Assembly: GCA_000091165.1 (NCBI GenBank)
Contig: FP565575.1
Coordinates: 1,560,001-1,592,000, forward strand
Direction of reading: 5' to 3'
DNA: 32,000 bases
DNA from: Candidatus Methylomirabilis oxygeniifera
Lineage (GTDB): Bacteria > Methylomirabilota > Methylomirabilia > Methylomirabilales > Methylomirabilaceae
The notes beneath the pieces were generated by a model. The model ran no database searches and was not told where the DNA came from. It saw nothing but the letters and a program-made list of their open reading frames with translations. Made by a program: the position numbers and the translations under genes. Position 1 is the stretch's first letter, and every line of letters starts with the position of its first letter. Shown here piece by piece: positions 1 to 7,668 of this stretch.

Positions 1-902
1 GGTTTGGCCTTCGCGGCAGTCTTCAGTTCGGCGGCGCGGGCAACGAGCTGACCCACATGTTCAAAGCCCCGCCCCTCGCTCGGAACGACGGCAATAGATA
101 GCGTCATAAGCGGAAAGCGGCAGAGGCGATTCTGGCGGTCCTTCAGGAGCAGAGATCCCTGACGACGATCAGTCTCATCATAGAGGGAAGGCGCGATCAG
201 ATCGAAATTTGCGATGATCTCCCGACAGGCCGATTCGATCTGCGGCATCGGCAGGATCACAACAAAGTCATCCCCTCCGATATGTCCGACAAAACCGGAT
301 CCCGACCCCAGGTTCACAACAGCGTTCAAGACGATTCGCGCCGTCATCCTGAGTGCGTCATCGCCCCTGGCAAAGCCGTACCGATCGTTGTACGCCTTGA
401 ACGAGTCAATGTCGAGATAGGCCAACGCAAAGGCCTGATCGGCGTCAAGCCGCCGTTGAATTTCTTGAAGAATGGTGTTGTTTCCGGGTAGGCGGGTCAG
501 CGGGTTGGCATCAAGTTCGAGATTTGATCGCAGGAGGCAGAGACGACTCCTGATGCACACCTCTTGCGGGCTGACGGGCGCCGCAACAAAATCGCTAAGC
601 TGAAGCTCCGCCCACGTATCGACCCGCTCGTCGGCCCCGGTCTGGAGCAGCAGGATCATCGGAAGCTGGCGGAACACCGGATCGGCTCGGATGAGCCTCG
701 CGATCCTCTCTCCCTCCGAGGCGGACAGGTCATCGCTCAGGATCATGAGATCCGGGGGATCGGCATACATCTCGTACAGCGCCTGGCAAGGATTGCTTGG
801 CGTCTTCACCTCGAAGCCTTCCCGCATCAGACGCTCGACCGCCTCATGAGGCAGAGAGGGATCGACTCGAATGAACAGAATCTTTGCGCTGTGGTCCGTC
901 AT
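1..902 (-). CDS. Response regulator receiver + GGDEF-family domain protein (GGDDF variant); C-terminus cut by the window edge
   Basis: Not in the ORF track because it is open at the window edge. Hand translation from ATG 900-902 gives MTDHSAKILFIRVDPSLPHEAVERLMREGFEV.. The N-terminus is receiver-like (..PDLMILSDDLSASEG.., ..LPMILLLQ..). It is followed by ..DANPLTRLPGNNTILQEI..AYLDIDSFKAYNDRYGFARGDDAL..VGHIGGDDFVVILP, with the signature codons at 264-278. Confidence 0.75.
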   Translation of the reverse strand, partial: MTDHSAKILFIRVDPSLPHEAVERLMREGFEVKTPSNPCQALYEMYADPPDLMILSDDLSASEGERIARLIRADPVFRQLPMILLLQTGADERVDTWAELQLSDFVAAPVSPQEVCIRSRLCLLRSNLELDANPLTRLPGNNTILQEIQRRLDADQAFALAYLDIDSFKAYNDRYGFARGDDALRMTARIVLNAVVNLGSGSGFVGHIGGDDFVVILPMPQIESACREIIANFDLIAPSLYDETDRRQGSLLLKDRQNRLCRFPLMTLSIAVVPSEGRGFEHVGQLVARAAELKTAAKAK

Positions 903-914
903 ATCGCTGAATAC

Positions 915-1760
915 TCAGGCAAAGGCCATGGTAATCTCTTGCTCGTCAACCTCGCTCAGCGCCTCCTCGACCTGCCCCATTGTCAGACCAAGACGATTCC
1001 ACGCTGCATGGGAGAGCGGGGGAACCTTCGCGTCTCCCGAATCTCCGATACTCGCAGCAATGCAGAGAATATCGGCCAAATGAACAATGGCAGTCGTAAG
1101 CGTGGCCTCTCGGGCGAGGTGCGGGACGTGATGAAACGCGATGGGCTCTACCAGCTTTTCCGGCAAACTCCATCGCTCAAGCAACCATCGGCCGATCTGG
1201 GCGTGGGTTGCGCCCACCACCTCCGCCTCCGCCTCGTGCATGAGGAGATGCCGCTTCCTTGCGACTTCCACAATTGCAGTAAACTCCCCAGGCAGCGTGG
1301 CGCAGAGGGCGATCTTGCCCAGGTCGTGCAGCAACCCCGCCACTACCGCCTCTTCTGGTTCGTGAAGTCCCACCTTCCTGGCCAGGACACCCGCGACCCG
1401 AGCGGTCCCGATCGAGTGGTCCCACAGATGCTTGCGATCCAGACCGTCCCCTCCCCCTTGCTGAAGAAGATCGAAGACAGACGCGCTCATGGCGAGCCCC
1501 TTGACCACGTTAAACCCCAGAAGTACCGTAGCATGCGTAATCGTCGACACGCGGCGTGAAAAGCCGTAGAAGGTGGAATTGACTAATTTGAGGACCCTGG
1601 CCGAGAGTACCTGATCTTTCGCGATGATCCGTCCCACATCGGCGGCAGAGGTATCGGGGCTTTCGACCATCGAGGCGATCTTGGTGACAACCTGCGGTAG
1701 CGTGGGAAGGGTAGTAATCCGCTCGATCTTCGCTCGCAGGATCTCCGGTGTCATGGTCAT
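915..1760 (-). CDS. HDOD domain signalling protein
   Basis: ORF 915..1871 trimmed to the ATG at 1758-1760. The product shows the HDOD pattern: MTMTPEILRAKIERITTLPTLPQVV..KDQVLSARVLKLVNSTFYGF..THATVLLGF..AGLLHDLGK. The ATG overlaps the TGA of the upstream ORF (ATGA at 1757-1760). Confidence 0.8.
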   Translation of the reverse strand: MTMTPEILRAKIERITTLPTLPQVVTKIASMVESPDTSAADVGRIIAKDQVLSARVLKLVNSTFYGFSRRVSTITHATVLLGFNVVKGLAMSASVFDLLQQGGGDGLDRKHLWDHSIGTARVAGVLARKVGLHEPEEAVVAGLLHDLGKIALCATLPGEFTAIVEVARKRHLLMHEAEAEVVGATHAQIGRWLLERWSLPEKLVEPIAFHHVPHLAREATLTTAIVHLADILCIAASIGDSGDAKVPPLSHAAWNRLGLTMGQVEEALSEVDEQEITMAFA

Positions 1761-2083
1761 CGATAGGTCTCGCCGCTGGCACGACTCCGAATGCGTTTTC
1801 GCACGATGGCCTGGATCTGTTGCATCAGCGGGTCGTGTTGCACGTGAGCGAACCGACGTTCCAGCGCCCACTCCATCCGCTTCGCCGTCTCTGCCGACAA
1901 CATGCCTTCGTCGGGCCCTTCCGCCTCCACCCAGACCTGTGCAACGCCCTGATCTGCCAGTCGTTCGATCATCCGCCCGGTCATGGATACTCCCGGCGCC
2001 AGCAGGATCCGCCCGGAGTCATGAACTACCGGCTTGGCCACCTTCATGCCCTCCACCAGCAGCCCGATTGCCAGCAGACGCAT
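1757..2083 (-). CDS. Hypothetical 108-aa protein, translationally coupled to the HDOD gene
   Basis: The ATG at 2081-2083 lies 6 nt after the cheZ-like stop, and the stop overlaps the HDOD start. The N-terminus (LLVEGMKVAKPVVHDSGRILLAPGVSMTGRMIERLADQGVAQVWVE) resembles the small N-terminal module often fused to HD-GYP/HD proteins. That resemblance is recollection only. Confidence 0.5.
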   Translation of the reverse strand: MRLLAIGLLVEGMKVAKPVVHDSGRILLAPGVSMTGRMIERLADQGVAQVWVEAEGPDEGMLSAETAKRMEWALERRFAHVQHDPLMQQIQAIVRKRIRSRASGETYR

Positions 2084-2089
2084 AGTCGG

Positions 2090-2788
2090 CTATCGCCCAT
2101 TCCGGCCAAACTCGGCCAGCACACGGTCCGCCATCTCCTGATTCATCGCATTCGATGCCGACGCAGCAGCAAATTCATTAATCGCCTTCCACTTGTCGTC
2201 TACATCGACGCCGTCTTTTTCATCTGGTGGGATATTGAACAGCACCAACAGGCGCAAGAGTCGATCATGTATCTCGGTAATCAGCGCCATGCTTTTCTGA
2301 ATCCTCTGGGCGGTAATATCCTGAAACTCCATCGCGCCCATGATCTCAAGTGCGCGGCCTTGTACGCGACCATGTATCTCCTGTAGACGCGCGACGGTCT
2401 GGAGGGCCGCATTCCGTCGATCGTCCTTTCCCCATTCCTCATTCAACAGGACCGCAAGCTGTTGCAGGTCCTGACCCATTGCCGCTTGCTCTTCTGCAAT
2501 CCGGTCGATCTCATCGAGCACACGAAGCGAGGCCTGCTCTGTCTCCTGCACCACCTCAGACAGGTGGCCTAGCATCTTGGGAAGACGTCGAGAACTTGCT
2601 CCCACCGACGGGTCCAACTCCTGCAGGTTCCGCATCGTCTGATTGATGAAAGAGGCCAGGCGACCGATCTCTCCCTTGGCCTGGACCGTTACCAACTCCC
2701 GGAACTCTCCATCGGCCATCCTTCTGGCGGCTTCGACCAGCGTGCAGAGATCCTGAGGCTCCTCGTGCCGATGCGGATGTCCATCCAT
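2090..2788 (-). CDS. cheZ: CheZ-family CheY-P phosphatase with an N-terminal HAMP-like segment
   Basis: 232 aa, with AAGGAGA upstream of ATG 2786-2788. A ..AMEFQDITAQRIQK.. motif matches the CheZ catalytic D-x-x-x-Q (FQDLTGQ in E. coli). The C-terminal ..QEMADRVLAEFG resembles the CheZ CheY-binding peptide. The N-terminal ..GEFRELVTVQAKGEIGRLASFINQTMRNLQE is HAMP-like. Confidence 0.7.
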   Translation of the reverse strand: MDGHPHRHEEPQDLCTLVEAARRMADGEFRELVTVQAKGEIGRLASFINQTMRNLQELDPSVGASSRRLPKMLGHLSEVVQETEQASLRVLDEIDRIAEEQAAMGQDLQQLAVLLNEEWGKDDRRNAALQTVARLQEIHGRVQGRALEIMGAMEFQDITAQRIQKSMALITEIHDRLLRLLVLFNIPPDEKDGVDVDDKWKAINEFAAASASNAMNQEMADRVLAEFGRNGR

Positions 2789-2820
2789 AGCGTTCTCCTT
2801 TTAAATGCAGCCGCCGGCCC

Positions 2821-2864
2821 TCAGCGTTCAGCTATGAGCTGCCTGACGGCTAATGGCTGACTCC
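2821..2864. repeat. 7-nt-phased TCAGC/CTGAC repeat cluster (motB-cheZ gap)
   Basis: The sequence reads tcagcgt tcagcta tgagctg cctgacg gctaatg gctgact. The first units are direct heptamers and the later ones carry the complementary core. Confidence 0.6.
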
Positions 2865-2871
2865 TCTATTA

Positions 2872-3562
2872 TTATGCAGGCCCTTGGCCTACGAGCAGAT
2901 GCAACTCCACTCGGCGATTCCGCGGATTACCCCGCGCCGGATCGTTTGGCGCCAAGGGCTGATTATCGCATCCCCCTGGCCGCTAGGCGAGCGGGAGGGA
3001 ATCGATGGACCTCTACCAGATGCCGGATCACCGCAGTCGCGCGCGTAACTGATAGCTCCCAGTTGCTGGGAAAGTTGGATGACCTGATGGGGAGTAGATC
3101 GGTGTGCCCTTCAACCTCGATGGCATATGGCATGTTGAATAGTGGCCGGGCGACCTTATCCAGAATCTTCTTGGCGTCGTCGGAAAGAGTCGCGCTGCCT
3201 AGACCAAAGAGGACGGTGTCCCGAAAGCGAAGAATGAGCCCCTTGTCATTCCGCTCGATCTCTACGCTTCCCGTCTTAATCTCTTCCTCGACGTGTGAGC
3301 TCAACTGCTGAACCAACAGGCCTACGACATCGGGAAATGGCAGCAGCGTCTCTCCGCCATTCCCTGCCTGCACAATCGGTCGCGGCGGCAGCGGGACGCC
3401 GAACGCCATCCGGATCGACGACACCAGGTCGCTATATTTCCTGCCGTCCACTCTGGACGAGGCATACAGAACGATAAAGAAGGCCAAAAGGAGGGTGATC
3501 ATGTCGGCATAGGTCAATAGCCACCGTAACCCTCCGCCTCCATCATGTCTATTGCCTGTCAT
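2872..3562 (-). pseudogene. motB: Flagellar stator protein MotB (OmpA-like C-terminus), interrupted by a 1-nt frameshift in a C5 run (2972-2976)
   Basis: ORF 2963..3562 contains ..LLTYADMITLLLAFFIVLYA.., ..VEGHTDLLPI.., ..SNWELSVTRATAV.. and ends ..PPARLAARGMR*. The adjacent frame continues without a stop as GGCDNQPLAPNDPARGNPRNRRVELHLLVGQGPA* down to TAA at 2872-2874. That continuation is the expected end of an OmpA/MotB domain. Confidence 0.8.
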
Positions 3563-3576
3563 GTGTCGCCCTCACC

Positions 3577-3624
3577 TGTCAGCGATCAGCGCTCAGCTCG
3601 TAACTGACGGCTGACAGCCCACAG
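3577..3624. repeat. Heptamer repeat cluster in the motA-motB gap
   Basis: The sequence reads tgtcagc gatcagc gctcagc tcgtaa ctgacgg ctgacag cccacag. Three NNTCAGC units face three CTGANNG units, forming an imperfect hairpin. Confidence 0.7.
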
Positions 3625-3631
3625 CTCCCTA

Positions 3632-4390
3632 TCACGCCATGGACGCGAAATACGATCGAAGTTTCTGCTCAAGCATGTGGGGATTGAGCCCAGACTGAAT
3701 CCCCAGAACTCCCTCCATCATCACCTCTCGGATTCTGACCTCCGCCTCACTCTTGACCTTGAGATTCCCGGATATTGGAAGAAAGAGCACATTCGCGCTG
3801 AAGATTCCATAGAACGTAGCGAGGAAGGCGACGGCGATCCCCCGACCAAGGCTATCCGTTCCCTCCCCGAGCTTGCTCAGAACATGGACCAAGCCCATGA
3901 CAGTGCCGATGATCCCCATAGTCGGGGCATAGCCGCCCATGATCCCGAAGATCTCAATCCCCTTCACGTGGCGAGCCTTCATCGAGTGGATCTCCGCCTG
4001 CATGATCTCCCGTACGATCGTTTCGTCCGCGCCGTCGATGACCAGTTCAATCCCCTTGCGCAGGAACGGGTCAACCCCATTTGCCGATACCCTGTCCTGA
4101 AGCGCCAATACCCCCTCCTTTCTAGCCGTCTGGGCGAGGTCTACGAGGGTCACAATCACCTCATGCGGCTCCAGTGCGACGCCGGCACATAGCGCCCGCT
4201 TCATGAGTTTCGGCAGTGCGAGGGTATCCTTCAGTGAGGCCGTCACCATGGTCGCGCCCACGGTGCCGCCGGCAATGATCAGAAAGGCTGGGAGGTTCAC
4301 AAATGCGCGCAGATCTCCCCCGTCCAATAGAACGGACCCCACAATCGCCGTGAGCCCGATAGCCAGACCGCCCAGAATGCCGAGGTCCAT
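3632..4390 (-). CDS. motA: Flagellar stator protein MotA (MotA/TolQ/ExbB channel family)
   Basis: Multi-pass membrane ORF with ..GGYAPTMGIIGTVMGLV.. and ..GIAVAFLATFYGIFSANVLFLP.. ATG 4388-4390 was chosen over GTG 4394-4396. The start is uncertain by 2 codons. Confidence 0.85.
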   Translation of the reverse strand: MDLGILGGLAIGLTAIVGSVLLDGGDLRAFVNLPAFLIIAGGTVGATMVTASLKDTLALPKLMKRALCAGVALEPHEVIVTLVDLAQTARKEGVLALQDRVSANGVDPFLRKGIELVIDGADETIVREIMQAEIHSMKARHVKGIEIFGIMGGYAPTMGIIGTVMGLVHVLSKLGEGTDSLGRGIAVAFLATFYGIFSANVLFLPISGNLKVKSEAEVRIREVMMEGVLGIQSGLNPHMLEQKLRSYFASMA

Positions 4391-4401
4391 TATCACGCAC
4401 T

Positions 4402-5616
4402 TTACAGAAGCAACCTGATCCCCTGGGTCTGGTTAAACCTCAGGAACTCAGCATGAAGTTGCAGATCGAGGTTGATCACGCTCATCGTGCCGTTATGGTG
4501 GGTAGCCATCAGTTCCTCGTGAAGGTCCACGAGCGTCTCCAGAAGATTGACATGAAGTTCCTTGATGCTCGTGAGGTCGATGACAATTGCCTTCTTACCG
4601 AGTTTGATCATGGCGCTGATCTCTCGTCTTACGTCATGTACCTTCTCGAGCGTCATCTCACCATGCGGCCACACACACAAGCCCACCGTTTGCCAGTCTT
4701 CAAATTGCAACGGCTTCTTCGCACACTTTTGATGCTCGGCCCCGTTGACGACAACCCAGCCCTCCCGAAAGGCGCACGGACCTTGATAGACGCAGTACCG
4801 CCCACGCTGGAAAGGTCTCGCGTACATACAGCGCTCGATAAGCGTCTCTCTGATTCTGCGCTGCTTCTCCTTTCCTTCCTCCAGGCGCTTGACGCACTCG
4901 ATAATGTGCGATCGGATGTTCTCGGCCGTATCGCTCAGCGTCACGGCTCCATCGGCCTTCCGCTCGAACAGAGCCTCGGCAATCACGTCAAGGTCGCCTT
5001 CATCGCCTGCGACGACGAACGTGGCCTGATCCTGCTTTCGTCTCCGATACTCATCGAGAAGCGAAAGCGTGAACGGGCTCTTCACATCGCCGAGGATCGC
5101 CACAGGCTTTTCGCGGATGACGACTTCCAGCACCTGGTCGACCTCGTCCGCTCCGTCATAGATGCGAATCTCTCCCCACGTCAGCTTTTCTTCCAACGTG
5201 TCGGCTAACCCTTGAGAGAGCAGCAGAATAGTGCCATAAAATCGGTCCGTATCCGGCTTACCGAGGAGGACGTCGACTCGACGGGCCAGATCCTTCAGGT
5301 CCAGCGGCTTTTTCAGAAACGCGGAGACGCTCAACGCTCTGGCCTCCTGAACGGTTGAGATATCAGGAAAGCCGGTCATCAGGACAAACGGTACCCGGAG
5401 ATTCAGTTTCCTGATCTCCCGAATCAATTCGAGGCCGCTGGTCCCCTGAAGCCGCTGATCGGTGAGCACCAGATCGACTCCATGGCGCACATGCCCGATC
5501 GCGGCTTGCGCATCAGGAGCCGATTTGACCTTATGCCCAAGTAACTCCAGGTATTGCTCCAGCGACTCCCTGACCTGGTCGTCGTCGTCGATTACGAGGA
5601 TCGTATCCTTCCCCAT
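4402..5616 (-). CDS. Multi-domain response regulator: REC, receiver-like second domain, Cys/His-rich segment, STAS-like C-terminus
   Basis: 404 aa, with GAGGAG upstream of ATG 5614-5616. REC: ILVIDDDDQVRE..DLVLTDQRLQGTSG..PFVLMTG..LKKP. Second alpha/beta unit without the acidic pocket: GTILLLS..PVAILGDV..TFVVAGD. Cys-rich stretch: CMYARPFQRGRYCVYQGPCAFREGWVVVNGAEHQKCAKKPLQFEDWQTVGLCVWPH. C-terminus: ..KKAIVIDLTSIKELHVNLLETLVDLHEEL..GTMSVINLDLQLHAEFLRFNQTQGI, which reads like a STAS fold without the phosphorylatable Ser. Confidence 0.7.
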   Translation of the reverse strand: MGKDTILVIDDDDQVRESLEQYLELLGHKVKSAPDAQAAIGHVRHGVDLVLTDQRLQGTSGLELIREIRKLNLRVPFVLMTGFPDISTVQEARALSVSAFLKKPLDLKDLARRVDVLLGKPDTDRFYGTILLLSQGLADTLEEKLTWGEIRIYDGADEVDQVLEVVIREKPVAILGDVKSPFTLSLLDEYRRRKQDQATFVVAGDEGDLDVIAEALFERKADGAVTLSDTAENIRSHIIECVKRLEEGKEKQRRIRETLIERCMYARPFQRGRYCVYQGPCAFREGWVVVNGAEHQKCAKKPLQFEDWQTVGLCVWPHGEMTLEKVHDVRREISAMIKLGKKAIVIDLTSIKELHVNLLETLVDLHEELMATHHNGTMSVINLDLQLHAEFLRFNQTQGIRLLL

Positions 5617-5689
5617 CGAGTATCGCTCCTCAATCGGCGATCAGCTGACAACGGTTACGGTACCGTCCACACATGCTGGTTTCAGCCAT

Positions 5690-5705
5690 TGCAGGTCCCG
5701 TGCCA
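5690..5705 (-). promoter_or_regulatory. Candidate sigma-54 (-24/-12) promoter for the REC/STAS-motAB-cheZ sub-operon
   Basis: The minus strand reads TGGCAC-GGGAC-CTGCA, against the consensus TGGCAC-N5-TTGCA. 10 of the 11 specified consensus positions match (only the first T of TTGCA differs), and the GG/GC spacing is correct. It lies about 75-90 nt upstream of ATG 5616. Confidence 0.55.
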
Positions 5706-5776
5706 TGCAGGTGGCCTCATGTCTCGTTATCTGGAACACCCTCCTCGCGGTCATTGCAACGAGCGCCGCGACCGAA

Positions 5777-5818
5777 GCAATCTCACCGTTTTCGTATCGT
5801 CAAGTACCGTGAGATTGC
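5777..5818. promoter_or_regulatory. Palindrome about 95 nt upstream of the sigma-54 element (possible enhancer/UAS)
   Basis: GCAATCTCAC (5777-5786) and GTGAGATTGC (5809-5818) are perfect 10-nt inverted repeats with a 22-nt spacer. The flanks extend the symmetry imperfectly (GACCGAAG, GAGCG and ATTGC on both sides, about 5753-5842). Confidence 0.35.
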
Positions 5819-5919
5819 CGCGCTCCCTTCGGTCGCTCGCAATAACGAGCCAGTGAGTAGCCCGGGACCACGGCAAAATTTTCCGACAACACAGAAATAC
5901 GGAAGGCCGGAGGGGAATT

Positions 5920-5954
5920 GACTGAAGCATCCTAAAAGTCTTCAGTCTTCAGCC
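5920..5954. repeat. GACTGAAG hairpin element directly after the cheB stop
   Basis: gactgaag (5920-5927) pairs with cttcagtc (5940-5947) across the 12-nt loop catcctaaaagt. An extra ttcagcc unit follows. There is no U-tract after it on the minus strand. Confidence 0.7.
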
Positions 5955-5967
5955 TAACCCACTGCAT

Positions 5968-7106
<1,139 letters not shown>

Positions 7107-7107
7107 T

Positions 7108-7668
7108 TTACTCATCAAACAGTGTGATTTCCCCGTACCGCTCGATCTCCCGCTGTGCCGTTGTCTCGTGCTCCCGCTCCACCACGGTAGTCACACTATT
7201 GACGCTGGAGAGGCGTTTCAATCTGACCCTCCCGGACGCGGTATCGAACAGGACATACCGGGCGGCGCGGCCTCCCAAGTCATGGGCCAGCAGCGGAATC
7301 TCCTCCGTACGCAGGAACTCCCGAATAAACCGGATGTTCTGCTGAGGAACTCCGTTGGGCGAGTCGGCGATCCGGAGAACATGACCTCCGCCGAACACCT
7401 TAGCTTGCAGCCTAGCCCGCTGCCCCCCCAGCTTCTGAATCTCGCCGATCAGCAGTTCCATGGCATGAAGTCCGAATCGAGAGAGATTGTCCTCGGCATT
7501 GCCGTTCAGCGCGGCGGGCAACATAAAGTGATTCATTCCGCCAACGCCAGCCTCCGGATCCCGTAGACAGGCGGCAATGCAGGACCCCAGCAGGGTCTTG
7601 ATGACAGTCGGCTCACGGGTGGCGAACACGCCTCCAATGTGAATGCTGACCTGGGCTTTGCGCTTCAT
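7108..7668 (-). CDS. cheD: Chemoreceptor glutamine deamidase CheD
   Basis: 186 aa with ..IGGVFATREPTVIKTLLGSCIAACLRDPEAGVGGMNHFMLP.. The ATG overlaps the cheR TGA (ATGA at 7665-7668), and GGAGG lies upstream. Confidence 0.85.
   Translation of the reverse strand: MKRKAQVSIHIGGVFATREPTVIKTLLGSCIAACLRDPEAGVGGMNHFMLPAALNGNAEDNLSRFGLHAMELLIGEIQKLGGQRARLQAKVFGGGHVLRIADSPNGVPQQNIRFIREFLRTEEIPLLAHDLGGRAARYVLFDTASGRVRLKRLSSVNSVTTVVEREHETTAQREIERYGEITLFDE

Noticed and set aside
564-1559. 331-aa plus-strand ORF, the longest in the first 2 kb of the track.
   Set aside because: It lies antisense to two minus-strand genes with clear domain signatures (REC-GGDEF and HDOD) and has an Arg/Gly/Pro-rich composition with no recognisable motifs. 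This is a typical shadow ORF of GC-rich DNA.
5631-5638. GCCGATTG (minus strand), resembling a sigma-28 -10 box just upstream of the REC/STAS gene.
   Set aside because: It lies only 15-22 nt from the ATG and directly abuts the ribosome-binding site, so a transcript starting there would lack the SD. It has two mismatches and no -35 TAAA.
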